This document shows positions 1-13,210 of a stretch of 64,000 nt of DNA, one piece after another. Every line of letters begins with the position of its first letter. The first letter of the stretch is position 1. The notes under the pieces are model-generated. The model was not told where the DNA came from, did not search any database, and saw nothing but the letters and a program-made list of their open reading frames with translations. This DNA is from Mobula hypostoma (Eukaryota): assembly GCF_963921235.1 (NCBI RefSeq), contig NC_086097.1, positions 24,740,001 to 24,804,000 of the forward strand. Direction: 5' to 3'. A program made the position numbers and the translations under genes.

Positions 1-198
1 GTAAACACAGAGGTGGTGTTTATGGATGTACGGAAGTTGGTGTTTTGGGTGAACTGAGGGGTGGTGTTTATGGGTGATCTGAGTGGTGGTGTTTATGGAT
101 GAATACAGAGATGATCATTATGGGTGAACTCAGGGTTGGTGTTGATGGATGAACACAGAGGCAGTGAACACAGAGTTGGTTTTTCTGGATCAACACAT

Positions 199-1330
199 TG
201 TCATAGTCATACTTTACTGATCCCGGGGGAAATTGGTTTTCATTACAGTTGCACCATAAATAATAAATAATAATAGAACCATAAATAGTTAAATGGTAAT
301 ATGTAAATTATGCCAGGAAATAAGTCCAGGACCAGCCTATTGGCTCAGGGTGTCTGATCCTCCAAGGGAGGAGTTGTAAAGTTTGATGGCCACAGGCAGA
401 AATGACTTCCTATGACGCTCTGTGTTGCATCTGGATGGAATGAGTCTCTGACTGAATGTACTCCTGTGCCCAACCAGTACATTATGTAGTGGATGGGAGA
501 CATTGTCCAAGATGGCAGGCAACTTGGACAGCATCCTCTTTTCAGACACCACCGTCAGAGAGTCCAGTTCCATCCCCACAACATCACTGGCCTTACGAAT
601 GAGTTTGTTGATTCTGTTGGTGTGTGCTACCCTCAGCCTGCTGCCCCAGCACACAACAGCAAACATGATAGCACTGGCCACCACCGACTCATAGAACATC
701 CTCAGCATCGTCCGGCAGATGTTAAAGGACCTCAGTCTCCTCAGGAAATAGAGACGGCTCTGACCCTTCTTGTAGACAGCCTCAGTGTTCTTTGACCAGT
801 CCAGTTTATTGTCAATTCGTATCCCCAGGTATTTGTAATCCTCCACCATGTCCGCACTGACCCCCTGGATGGAAATAGAGGTCACCTGTACCTTAGCTCT
901 CCTCAGGTCTACCACCAGCTCCTTAGTCTTTCTCACATTAAGCTGCAGATAATTCTGCTCACACCATGTGACAAAGTTTCCTACCATAGCCCTGTACTCA
1001 GCCTCATCTCCCTTGCTGATGCATCCAACTATGGCAGAGTCATCAGAAAACTTCTGAAGATGACAAGACTCTGTGCAGTAGTTGAAGTCTGAGGTGTAAA
1101 TGGTGAAGAGAAAGGGAGACAAGACAGTCCCCTGTGGAGCCCCAGTGCTGCTAATCACTCTGTCGGACACATAGTGTTGCAAGCACACTTACTGTGGTCT
1201 GCCAGTCAGGTAATCAAGAATCAGGGAAGCATCCATCTGCATCGCTGTCAGCTCCTCCCCCAGCAGAGCAGGGCGGATAGTGTTGAACGCACTGGAGAAG
1301 TCAAAAAACATGACCCTCACAGTGCACATC
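199..1330 (-). mobile_element. Rex1/Babar-type non-LTR retrotransposon, 5'-truncated (RT C-terminal half, DUF1891-like region, 3' UTR, (TATGAC)n tail)
   Basis: ORF 337-1188 has GAPQGTVLSPFLFTIYT and KFSDD RT motifs plus RLYFLRRLRSF; upstream [15 protein letters not shown] is separated by a frameshift. A second copy of the 3' end is at 12368-12800. Confidence 0.88.
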
Positions 1331-2639
1331 ACATCACAGAGATGGTGTTTATGGATGATCACAGTGGTGGTGTTTATGGGTGACCTGAGAGGTGGTGTTG
1401 ATGGGTGGACACAGAAATTGTGTTTATGTGTGAACACAGAGGTGGTGTTCATTGGTGAACACAGAGATGGTGTTTATGGATGAACACAGAGGTGGTGTTT
1501 ATGGGTCAACACAAAGGTGGTGTTTATGGATGTACACAAGTTGATGTTTTGGGTGAACACAGAGTTGGTGTTCATGGGTGAACACAGAGTTGGTGTTCAT
1601 GGGTGAACACAGAGTTGGTGTTCATGGGTGAACACAGAGTTGGTGTTCATGGATGAACAGAGAGATGATTTTTATGGGTTAACTCAGAAGTGGTGTTTAT
1701 ATGTGCAATGAATGGTGGTGATTATCGGCGAACTGAGAGGTGGTGATTATTGGTGATCTGAGAGGTGGTGTTCATGGATGAACACAGAAATAATCTTTAT
1801 GGGTGAACTCAGAGTTGGTGCTTATGGGTGAACACAGAGCTGGTCTTTATGGGTGAACTGAGAGATGGTTTTTGTGGGTGAACTAAGCGGTGGTGTTTGT
1901 GGGTGAATTGAGAGATGGTGTTTATGGATGAACACAGGTGGTGTTTATGGGTGAACTGAGAGGTGGTGATTATGGGTGAAAGAGTTGGTGTTTATGGGTG
2001 AACTCAGAGATGGTGTTTCTGTGTGAATACAGAGTTGTTGATTAAGTGTGACTCAGAGGTGGTGTTTATGGGTGAACACAAGGTTGTGTTTTTAGATGAA
2101 CACTGGATTTGTGTTTACGGGTGAATATAGAAGTGATGTATATGGGTGAACTGAGGGGTGCTGTTTATGTGTGAACACAGAGCTGGTGTTTATGGATGAA
2201 CACAGAGCTGGTGTTTGTGGGTGAACACAGAGCTGGTGTTTATGGATGAACACAGAGCTGGTGTTTGTGGATGAACACAGAGCTGGTGTTTGTGGATGAA
2301 CACAGAGCTGGTGTTTGTGGGTGAACACAGAGTTGGTGTTTGTGGGTGAACACAGAGTTGGTGTTCATTTGTGAACTCAGAGTTTGTGTTTATGAACGAA
2401 CACAGAGTTGGTGTTTATGGGTGAACACAGAGTTGCTTTTATGGGTGAACTCAGGGATTGTGTTTCTGGGTGAACTGAAAGGTGGTGTTTATGGGTGAAC
2501 ACAGAGCTGGTGTTTCTGGGTGAACACAGAGGTTGTGTTTATGGGTGAACTGAGGGGTGCTGTTCATGAATGAACACCGAGTTGGTATTTATGGATGAAC
2601 ACAGAGGTGGTGCTCATGAATGAACGCGGAAATAGTGTT

Positions 2640-2771
2640 AACAACAGAAATTCTGCAGATGCTGGAAATTCAAGCAACACACATCAAAGTTGCTGGTGAA
2701 CGCAGCAGGCCAAGCAGCATCTATAGGAAGAGGGGCAGTCGACGTTTCAGGCCGAGACCCTTCGTCAGGAC
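2640..2771 (-). mobile_element. Short Penelope-derived insertion (hammerhead plus terminal repeat and tail) within the minisatellite
   Basis: Reverse complement of 23287-23418 with few differences; related to the terminal region of the PLE at 55560-57234. Confidence 0.85.
2736..2771 (-). ncRNA. Minimal type I hammerhead ribozyme motif, intact core
   Basis: The minus strand reads GUC-CUGACGA-AGGGUCUCGGCCU-GAAA-C-GUC-GACUG: conserved CUGANGA and GAAA, a GUC cleavage triplet and a 3-bp stem I. Confidence 0.75.
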
Positions 2772-3308
2772 AGCACAGACTTGCTGTTTATGGATGAACA
2801 CAGGGGTGGTGTTTATTGGTGAACACTGAGGTGGTATTTTTGGGTGAACACAGAGGTTGTATTTATGGATGAACACAGAGGTTATATTTATGGGTAAACT
2901 GAGAGATGGTGCTTACGGCTGAACTCAGATGTGAGGAGTATTATCTCTTCCTAAAACAGTGCGTGTTTATTTTCTGTCTCTTGTATCCTGAAAGTCCACA
3001 GTAACCATCAAGCACCTTCTTATGCCAATCGAACAACAATTTTATTTTGTTTTCATTGCCCTCCCAGCAAACTCTCCCCGCATTCTGTCCCAATGATGGG
3101 TTTTGTCGGAAGCATCTGCCCTCACAGATGCTGCTCGACCAACTCAGTCCTGACAGTAGATTGTTTGCTGCTCCATATTTCAGTAACTGCTGTCCCTCGC
3201 GTGTCTCCCTCCCCACATTCTTCCACTTCTCTTTGCACTCGGGGCAGTTACAGTACCAATCCAACATGTCTTTGGGATACGGGAGGGAGTGGGAGCATCA
3301 TGAGGAAA

Positions 3309-3896
3309 GCAACACACATCAAAGTTGCTGGTGAATGCAGCAGGCCAGGCAGCATCTCTAGGAAGAGGTACAGTCGATGTTTTGGGCTGAGACCTTTTGT
3401 CAGGACTAACTGAAGGAAGAGCTAGTAAGAGATTTGAAAGTGGGAGGGGGAGGGGGAGGGGGAGATCCGAAATGATAGCAGAAGACAGGAGGGGGAGGGA
3501 TGGAGCCAAGAGCTGGACAGGTGACTGGCAAAAGGGGATACGAGAGGATCATGGGACAGGAGGCCCAGGGAGAAGGAAAAGGGGAAGGGGGGGGAAAACC
3601 CAGAGGATGGGCAAGGGGTATAGTCAGAGGGACAGAGGGAGAAAAAGGAGAGTGAGAGAAAGAATGTGTGTATATAAATAAATAACAGATGGGGTACGAG
3701 GGGGAGGTGGGGCACTAACGGAAGTTAGAGAAGTCAATGTTCATGCCATCAGGTTGGAGGCTACCCAGAAGGAATATAAGGTGTTGTTCCTCCAACCTGA
3801 GTGTGGCTTCATATTTACAGTAGAGGAGGCCGTGTATAGACATATCAGAATGGGAATGGGATGTGGAATTAAAATGTGTGGCCACTGGGAGATGAG
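3309..3896 (-). mobile_element. Penelope-like element 3' fragment (GIY-YIG C-terminus, 3' region, decayed hammerhead) with 12-bp TSD, inserted in a SINE
   Basis: The minus strand translates LPVATHFNSTSHSHSDMSIHGLLYCKYEATLRLEEQHLIFLLGSLQPDGMNIDFSNFR*. TSD ATCATGAGGAAA at 3297-3308 and 3897-3908. Confidence 0.9.
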
Positions 3897-4799
3897 ATCA
3901 TGAGGAAACCTGTGTTGTGTCTGGAAGAATGTGCACTCTCCACCCAGTCAGCACCGGAGGGTAGGATTGAGCCGAAGTCTCTGGTGTGGTGAGGCAGTTT
4001 CACTACCAGACACGCTACTGCGCCACCCCGGTATTTCCACCGTTGCCTCAGCGACTAAATTTGAGCGCCACATCACTGGCCATGAAGTTAATTGGGACAT
4101 CCTGTAACAGGCAACCCTTTCTTTTCTATCCCCAACCCAGCATCCTTTGAACTGCAAAGATGTCCACCAGTTCACGGTGCCCTTTTTGCATTCTCTTTTA
4201 CCCTTTATCTCCACCTTGCTTAAATGACTAGAAGACAAGAATCTGCCTTGCTATTCACATCTGTATGAAAGAGCACTTGACATTTTTGGATAGTTTAATC
4301 AAAACCATCGGTGAAAAACTCCCTGATCAAATCTCAATCGACTAAGCCCTCTATTAATTCATTGGTGCTCCTGAGAGGATTTGGGAATGCATGAGATTAT
4401 TTAGGCCAAAAGTACTCATGTTTAAACGCAATTGATATTCAAATGCGACCTCTTTGATATTGAACACATTACTGTAATAGACTCTTGAATTTTAAATCCC
4501 CTTTGCCACAAAACCCACGGAATTTTCAATCTTTATAAATAGATTTGATAAATGGCATTTTCACTTTCATTCAAACTGATTAATCCAGAGTTCGTTTCAA
4601 TATGAATCCAAATAAAATTAAGGCACAGGATAATAGTTATTAAGGATAGAGTGACTGAGCATCCGTACAAAGATGAGGTGGCCACATAAAACCCTTGTGG
4701 CTTTGTTAAAGGTAAAGTGAGCATGATCAGACGGGTTGAAGATTTTTGGGAAGGTGATAGTCAATGTACAATACTGTGTAAAATTCTTAGGCACATATA

Positions 4800-7249
4800 T
4801 AAGACCATAAGATATAGGAGCAGAATTGGGCAATTTGGCCCATCGAGTCTGCTCTGCTATTTCATCATGGCTGATCCAATTTCCCTCTCAGCCCCAATCT
4901 CTGCCTTCTCCCCACAACCTTTCATGCCCTGACCAATCAAGAATCTATCAACCTCTGCCTTAAATATACATAAGACTTGGCTTCCACTGATGTGGGAAAG
5001 AATTGAACAGATTCACCACTCTCTGGCTAAAGAAATTCCTCCTCATCTCCATTCTAAAAGAATGCTCCTCTATTCTGAGGCTACACCCTCTAGCCTTATA
5101 CTGTCTCACCATAGGAAACATCCTCTCCACATCTAGTCTATCAAGGCCTTTCACCATTCGATAGCTTTCAATGAGGTCACCCCTCATTTTTCTGAATTCC
5201 AGAGAAAAGAGGACCAGAACCATAAAAAGCTCTTCATATGACAAACCAATCAATCCAGGAATTATTTTCGTAAGCTTCCTTTGAACCCTCTCCAGTTTCA
5301 GCACATCCTTTCTAAGATGAGGGGCCTAAACCTGCTCACAATACTACAACTGAGGCCTCACCAGTGCTTTATAAGGTTTCAACATTACATTCTTGCTTTT
5401 ATATTTTAGTTCTCTTGGAATGAATGCTAACATTGCATTTGCCTTCCTCATCATAGACTCAACTGGCAAATTAACCTTTAGCGAATCCTGCACAAAGACT
5501 CCCAAGTCCTTGGTTCACCTTCATTATTTGTGTTTTCTCTCCATTTAGAAAATAGTCAAACCTTTCATTTTTTCTACCAAAGTGTATGACCATACACTTC
5601 CCGATGCTGTATTCCATCTGCCATTTCTATGCCCATTCTTCTAATCTTTCCAAGTCCTTTTGTAGTCTCTCTGCTTCCTCAAAACTACCTGTTCCTCTGC
5701 CTATCTTCATATTACCTGCAAACTTTGCAACAAACCCATCAATTCCATCATCCAAATCATTGACATATAACGTAAAAAGAATCGGTCCCAACACAGACCC
5801 TTGTAGAACACTACTAGTCACTGGCAGCCAGTCAGAAAAGGCCCCCTTTATTCCCACTCTTTGCCTCCTGCCAATCAGCCACTGCTTTATCCATGCTAGA
5901 ATCTTTCCTGTAATACTATGGGCTTGTAGCTTGTTAAGCAGTCTCATGTGTAGCACCTTGTCAAAGGCCTTCTGAAAATCCAAGTATATGACATCAACTG
6001 ATTCTCCTTTGTTTTTCTAGCTTGTTAATTCCTCAAAGACTTCCAACAGTTTTGTCAGGCAATATTTTCCCTTGTGGAAACCACGTTGACGACAGCGTAT
6101 TTTATCATGTGCCTCCAAGTACCCTGATACCTCATCCTTAATAATCAACTTCAACTTCTTCCCAACCACCGAAGTCAGACTAACTGGCTCAAAGTTTCCT
6201 TTCTTCTGCCTATCTCTCTTCTTGAAGGAAGAAAGAAAGAAAAAAGAGAAATTACCTTTTAAACTCATGAGAGAGCATAGACCATCAACTTTTTTCTGTT
6301 GATGTTTCTGTAGCAGGCAATTTCTTTTTTACGAGGCCGAGTTGCTAGATCGTCGCTCAACCCAGCACGGATGAAAAGCATTTCAGGGGAGCTGGCTGGG
6401 TTTGAACTCGGGAGCCTTCGCCGGACTTGGCGCTAATGCCACTATGCCACCAGCCAGCTCTTCTTGAAGAATGGAGTGATATTTGCAGTTTCCCAGTCTT
6501 CTGGGAAAATTCCAGAATCTAGTGATTCTTGAAAGATCATTACTAATGCCTCCACGATCTCTTCAGCCACCTCTTTCAGAACTCCGGGGTGTACATCATC
6601 TGGTCCAGGTGACTTACCTACCTTCAGACCTTTCAGTTTCCCAACAATCTTCTGTCTGGTTATGGTAATTGTATATACTTCATGCCCCCTGACACCTGGA
6701 ACTTTCACCATACTGCTAGTTTCTTCCACAGTGAAGACTGGTGCAAAATAATTATTCAGTTCATTCACAATTACATGGTTCCCAATTACAACCTCTCCAG
6801 CATCATTTTTCAGTAGTCTGATATCCACTCTTGCCTCTCTTTCACACTTAATTTATTTCAAGAAACTTTTGGTATTCTCTTTAATATTATTGGCTAACTT
6901 ACTTTCATATTCCATCTTTACTTTCTTAATGACTTTTTCAGTTGCCTTCTGTTGATTTTTAAAAGCTTCCCAATCCACCAACTTCCCACTAATTTTTGCT
7001 CTGTTATATGCCCTATCTTTAGTTTTTATGTTGGCTTTGACTTCTCTTGTTAGCCAAGATTGTGTCATCTGTCCTTCAGATTACATCTTCCTCTTTGGGA
7101 TGTATATATCCTGTGCCTTCCGAATTGCTTCCAGAAATTCCAGCCATTGCTGCTCTGCCATCATCCCTGCCAGTGTTCTTTTCCCATCAATCCTGGCCAA
7201 CTCCTCTCTCATGCCTCAATAATTCCCTTTACTCCACTATAATACTGAT
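4800..7249 (-). mobile_element. CR1-clade LINE, 5'-truncated, decayed ORF2 (RT)
   Basis: Fragments MDFQKAFDKV, QGSVLGPILFTLYVNDLDDG, KSPGPD and RRNFFSQRVVNL; TSD ACATATA at 4793-4799 and 7250-7256. Confidence 0.92.
6228..6457 (-). mobile_element. tRNA-derived SINE nested in CR1
   Basis: The minus strand has A box TGGCATAGTGG and B box GTTCAAACC; 12-bp TSD CTCTTCTTGAAG at 6216-6227 and 6458-6469. Confidence 0.8.
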
Positions 7250-8096
7250 ACATATAGCTAGAGTGCCTCAGACTTCTGCACGGTACTGGATCTATCAACG
7301 TGGAGTGGGGAGCGAGTTTGTCAGTCTGGTGGGAGCAAAGGATGTTGGGAATGGCAAGGGTGGAGCCCTGCAGGAGAGGTATGGGACAGGTGGCAGAGAA
7401 GGAGTGGCAGGGTGGGGGAATGGCGTGGTTGCAAACATGCCCAGCCCTGATGCTCCAGGCAAGATAATTTCATTCCAAACGATTGGTTAATTGATTATTA
7501 CAGAATGCCTCTCTAGTGCTTCCTGCTCCCTCCCCTCCCCTTCCCCTTTTTCCTAGCCATGATTCCCCTTTCTCTGCCCCCTTCCAACTCTCAGTCCACA
7601 ATAGAGATCCATACCGGAATCAAATTTATCATCACTCACATATGCCTTGAAATTTGTTCCTTTTCTGCGGCAGCAGTACAGTGCATGACAAAGAATTATT
7701 GCAGTACTGTCCAAAAGTCTTAGACACCCTAGCTATATGTATGTGCCTAAGACTTGCACAGTTCTGTAACCTGTGTGGATTTCTGGGAGATTCTGCAGGA
7801 GGAATGGAGGCAGATATGAAAGGGGGATAGCCATATGTCACCAAGGTATTGCCAGAGATGTCTGTGGAGGCCAAAGTCATGGTGTATAGTTAAAGTGGTG
7901 GTTGATTGACTCTTGATTAGTAAAGGCATCAAAGGTAATGGGGAGAAAGCAGGGCAGTGGGGTTGAGAGCCATGATAGAATGCACTCGTTCTGCGCTTAT
8001 GTCTTACAGTATTGGATTATTCTTGGTATTGGTATTATTAATGGTTTATTATTATCACGTGTACCAAGCTTGTCATGCATATTGTTAGAAAAAAAA

Positions 8097-11000
8097 AACA
8101 TAGGAAATCTACAGCACAATATAGGCCCTTCAGCCCACAAAGCTGTGCCAAACATGCCCTTACCTTAGAATTTGCCTAGGGGTACCATAGCCCTCGATTT
8201 TCCTAAGCTTCATGTACCTATTCAGGAGTCTCTTAAAAGACCCTATCGTTTCCGCCTCCACCACCATCACCGAAAGCCCATTCCACACACTCACCACTCT
8301 CTGCGTAAAAAGCTTACCCCTGATATCTCCTCTGTCCTTACTTCCAAGCACCTTAAAACTGTGCCCTTTCGTGCAAGCCATTTCAGCCCTCGGAAGAAGC
8401 TTCTGACTATCCACGTGATCAATGCCTCTCATCATCTTATACACTCCTATCAGGTCACCTCTCATCCTCCGTCGCTCCAAGGAGAAAAGGCCAAGTTCAC
8501 TCAAACTATTCTCATAAGATATGCTCTCCAATCCAGGCAACATCCTTGTAAATCTCTTCTGCACCATTCCTGTGGTTTCCACATCCTTCCCGTAGTGAGG
8601 CGACCAAAACTGAGCACAGTACTCCGTGGGGTCTGACCAGGGTCCTATATAGCTGCAACATTACCTCTTGGTACCTAAACTCAATCCCAGGATTGATGAA
8701 GGCCAATGCACCGTATGCCTTCTTGATCACAGTCAACCTGTGCAGCAGCTTTGAGTGTCCTATGGACTCGGACACCAAGATCCCTCTGATCCTCCACACT
8801 GCCAAGAGTCTTACCATTAAAACTATATTCTGCCATTATATTTGACCTACCAAAATTAACCACTTCACACTTAACTGGGTTGAACTCCATCTGCCACTTC
8901 TCAGCCCAGTTTTGCATCCTATAAATGTCCCATTGTAACCTCTGACAGGCCTCCGCACTATCCACAACACGCCCAATGTTTGTGTCATCAGCAAATTTAC
9001 TAACCTATCCCTCCACTTCCTCATCCAGGTCATTTATAAAAATCACAAAGAGTAGGGGTCCCAGAACAGATCCATGAGGCACACCGCTGGTCACCGATCT
9101 CCATGCAGAATATGACCCGTCTACAACCACTCTTTGCCTTCTGTGGGCAAGCCATTTCAGGATCCACAAAGCAATGTCCCCTTGGATCCCATGCCTCCTT
9201 ACTTTCTCAATAAGCCTTGCATGGGGTACCTTATCAAATGCCTTGTTGAAATCCATGTACACTACATCTACTGCTCTTCCTTCATCAATGTGTTTAGTCA
9301 CATCCTCAAAAAATTCAATCAGGCTCGTAAGGCACGACCTGCCTTTGACAAAGCCATGCTGACTAATCCTAATCATATTATACTTCTCCAAATATTCATA
9401 AATCTTGCCTCTCAGGATCTTCTCCATCAACTTACCAACTCACTGGTCTGTAATTTCCTGGGCTAGCTCTACTCCCTTTCTTGAATAAAAGAACAACATC
9501 CACAACCCTCCAATCCTCCGGAACCTCTGCCATCCTCAATGATGATGCAGAGATCATCACCAGAGGCTCAGCAATCTCCTCCTTCGCCTCCCACAGTAGA
9601 CTGCGGTACATCTCGTTCGGTCCCGGTGTCTTATCCAACTGATGCTTTCCAAAAGCTCCAGCACATCTTCTTTCTGAATATCAACATGCTCAAGCTTTTC
9701 AGTCTGCTGTAAGTCATTCCCACAATAGCCAAGATCCTTTTCTGTGTGAATACTGAAGCAAAGTACTCATTAATACCTCTGCTATCTCCTCCGGTTCCAT
9801 ACACACTTTTCCACTGTCACACTTAATTGGTCCTGTTCTCTCACGCCTTATCCTCTTGCTCTTCACATACTTGTAGAATGCCTGGTAGTTCTCCTGAATG
9901 CTGTTCACCAAGGCCTTCCCATGGCCCCTTCTGGCTCTCTAAATTTCATTCTTAAGCTCCTTCCTGCTAGCCTTATAATCTTCTAGATCTCTATCATTAC
10001 CTAGTTTTTTGAACCTTTTGTAAGCTTTTCTCTTCTTCTTGACTAGATTTACAACAGCCTTTGAACACCACAGTTCCCGTACCCTACCATCCTTTGGAAC
10101 GTACCTATGCAGAACTCCACACAAATATCTCCTGAACATTTGCCACATTTCTTCCGTACATTTCCCTGAGAACATCTGTTTCCAATTTATGCTTCCAAGT
10201 TCCTGCCTGATAGCCTCATATTTCCCCTTACTCCAATTAAACGATTTCCTAACTTTTCTGTTCCTATCCCTTTCCAATGCTATGGTAAAGGAGATAGAAT
10301 TGTGATCACTATCTCCAAAATGCTCTCCCACTGAGAGATCTGACATCTGACCAGGTTAATTTCCCAATACCAAAACAAGTAGAGTCTCTCCTCTTGTAGG
10401 CTTATCTACATATTGTGTCAAGAAACCTTCCTGAACACACTAAACAAACTCCATTCCATCTAAACCCCTTGCTCTAGGGAGATGCCAATCGATATTTGGG
10501 ATATTAAAATCTCCCACCACGACAACCCTGTTATTATTACACCTTTCCAGAATCTGTCTCCCTTACTGCTCCTCGGTGTCCCTGTTACTATCGGGTGGTC
10601 TATAAAAAACACCCAGTAGAGTTATTGACCCCTTCCTATTCCTAACTTCCACTCACAGAGACTCCGTAGACAATCCCTCCATGACTTCCTCCTTTTCTGC
10701 AGCCGTAACACTATCTCTGATCAACAGTGCCGCCCCCCCCCCCTTTTGCCTCCTGCCCTGTCCTTTCTGAAACATCTAAAGCCTGGCACCTGAAGTAACC
10801 ATTCCTGCCCCCTGAGCCATCCAAGTCTCTGTAATGGCCACAACATCATAGCTCCAAGTACCGACCCACGCTCCAAGCTCATCCGCTTTGTTCATAATAC
10901 TCCTTGCATTAGAAAAGACGCATCTCAAACCATCGGTCTGAGCGCGTCCCTTCTCTGTCACCTGCCTATCCTCCCTCTTGCACTGTCTCCAAGCTTTCTC

Positions 11001-11152
11001 TATTTGTGAGCTAACCACCTCTTCCTCCGTCTCTTCAGTACGGTTCCCACCCCCCAGCAATTCTAGTTTAAACTCTCCCCAACAGCCTTAGCAAACCTCG
11101 CTGTAAGGATATTGGTCCCCCTGGGATTCATGTGCAGCCAGTCCTTTTTGTT
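8097..11152 (-). mobile_element. CR1-clade LINE covering most of ORF2 (endonuclease + RT) and the end of the SGNH-esterase ORF1, frameshifted
   Basis: ORF pieces [50 protein letters not shown] and [19 protein letters not shown]1 tail DWLHMNPRGTNIL. Confidence 0.93.
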
Positions 11153-11979
11153 CATACAGATCAGATCATGACATAGTGCACTGAGGTAGAACAAGGTAAA
11201 ACAGAATGTTGCAGAATAAAGTGTAAAAACTGCCAAAATCATGCAGTGTAGGTAAATGATAAAGCGCAAGATCATAATGAGGTGGACTGTGAGGCCAAGG
11301 GTCCACCTTATTGTGCAAGAGGTCTGTTCGGGGGCCTGATAACAGCGGGATAGAAGCTGTCCTTGAAACTAATGGTAGGTGCTTTCAGGCTTTTGTATCT
11401 TCTGCCTGATGGGATAGTGGAGAAGATGAATCAACTCAATCGCTTATTTAAAGCAGACACTGACTGACTCTTGTTTAGTGAGAGACTTAAGGGTAGAGGA
11501 GAAGTTGGGAGAATGGGACTAAAAAAATCAACCATGATTGAATGGCAGAGCAAACTTAATGGACCAAATAGCCTGATTTTCCACTCACTCCTATGTCCTA
11601 TGCTTATGATCTATATATTGCACATCTCACCTCTCAAGTTATCCCGACGTTCCGCACTATCAATAAAGCTGAAGAGGGAGCTGAGTTTCCTGCTCCACAG
11701 ATGCTGCCTGGCCTGCTGAGACCTTCCAGCAAATTCTGCTTATGACTTTCAGCTCACAACTCCCACCATCTCATGCATCCTTTGCTTTGTTCTCCCTTGT
11801 GCAGATGAAGTTGAGCAGGGAGTTGGAAAGCAAAGGGAAATCAGAGGTGCACAGGGATTTGGGAGCCCAAGAGCAGGATTCTCTAGGGTTAATTTGCAGG
11901 TTGAGTCCGTGGTTGGAAGGTAAATGTGAAATCTCATTGAAACCCATCGAATATTGAAAGGCCTAGGTAGAGTGGATAT

Positions 11980-13210
11980 AGAAACATAGAAAACCTACAG
12001 CACAATACAGGCCCTTCGACCCACAAAGTTGTGCTGAACATGTCCCTACCTTCGAAATTACTAGGGTTACCCATAGCCCTCTATTTTTCTAAGCTCCATG
12101 TACCTATCCAAAATTCTCTTAAAAGACACTATCGTATCTGCCTCCACCACCGTTGCCGACAGCCCATTCCACACACTCACCACTCTATGCATAAAAAAAC
12201 TTACCCCTGACATCTCCTCTGTACCTACTCCCAAGCACCTTAAACCTGTGCCCTCTTGTGGCAGCCATTTCAGCCCTAGGAGAAAGCCTCTGACTATCCA
12301 CACGATCAATGCCTCTCATCACCTTGTACACCTCTATCAGGTCACCTTTCATCCTCCGTCACTCCAATAGTCATAGTCATACTTTATTGATCCCGGGGGA
12401 AATTGGTTTTCATTACAGTTGCACCATAAATAATTAAATAGCAATAAAACAATAAATAGTTAAATAGTAATATGTAAATTATGCCAGGAAATAAGTCCAG
12501 GACCAGCCTATTGGCTCAGGGTGTCTGACCCCGCAAGGGAGGAGTTGTAAAGTTTGATGGCCACAGGCAGGAATGACTTCCTATGACGCTCTGTGTTGCA
12601 TCTCGGTGGAATGAGCCTCTGGCTGAATGTACTCCTGTGCCCAACCAGTACATTATGTAGTGAATGGGAGACATTGTCCAAGATGGCATGCAACTTGGAC
12701 AGCATCCTCTTTTCAGACACCACCGTCAGAGTCCAGTTCCATCCCCACAACATCACTGGCCTTACGAATCTGTTTGTTGATTCTGTTGGTGTCTGCTACC
12801 AAGTGGAAAAGGCTGAGTTCACTCAACCTGTTTTCATAAGGCATGCTCCTCAATCCAGACAACATCTGTGTAAATCTCGTCTGCACCCTTTCTATGGCTT
12901 CCACATCCTTCCTGTAGTGAGGCGACTGGAACTGAGCAGGAGGGGTCTGAGCAGGGTCCTATATAGCTGCAACATTACCTCTTGGCTCCTAAATTCAATC
13001 CCATGATTGATGAAGGCCAATACACTGTACGCCTTCTTAACCACAGAGTCAACTTGCGCAGCTGCTTTGAGCGTCCTATGGACTCGGACCCCAAGATCCC
13101 TCTGATCCTCCACACTGCCAAGAGTCTTACCATTAATACTATATTCTGCCATCATATTTGACCTACCAAAATGAATTACTTCACACTTATCTGGGTTGAA
13201 CTCCATCCGC
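11980..13210 (-). mobile_element. CR1 3' fragment (same subfamily as 8097-11152), interrupted by Rex1
   Basis: ORF MEFNPDKCEVIHFGRSN..QRDLGVRVH; high similarity to 8100-8895. Confidence 0.9.
12368..12800 (-). mobile_element. Rex1/Babar 3' fragment nested in CR1
   Basis: Near-identical to 199-631; CCAA repeated at 12364-67 and 12799-802. Confidence 0.9.

Larger units (their letters stand above)
1..2930. repeat. 25-bp minisatellite array (consensus ~GGTGAACACAGAGTTGGTGTTTATG), runs off the left edge, interrupted by two insertions
   Basis: Tandem units are visible throughout, with near-perfect 25-nt periodicity at 1551-1650 and 2165-2370. Confidence 0.95.
4769..7766 (-). mobile_element. Composite Tc1-like non-autonomous element with palindromic TIRs (copy C), split by a CR1 insertion
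   Basis: TA flanks at 4767-68 and 7767-68. A half palindrome at 4769-4799 continues at 7250. The core 7290-7700 is the reverse complement of the cores at 14608-15008 and ~16940-17308. Confidence 0.75.

Noticed and set aside
1..2930. CRISPR-like periodicity
   Set aside because: Contiguous tandem units without unique spacers, in a eukaryotic context with no cas genes.
6380..6457. tRNA gene
   Set aside because: The A/B boxes belong to a TSD-flanked SINE; no complete cloverleaf seen.
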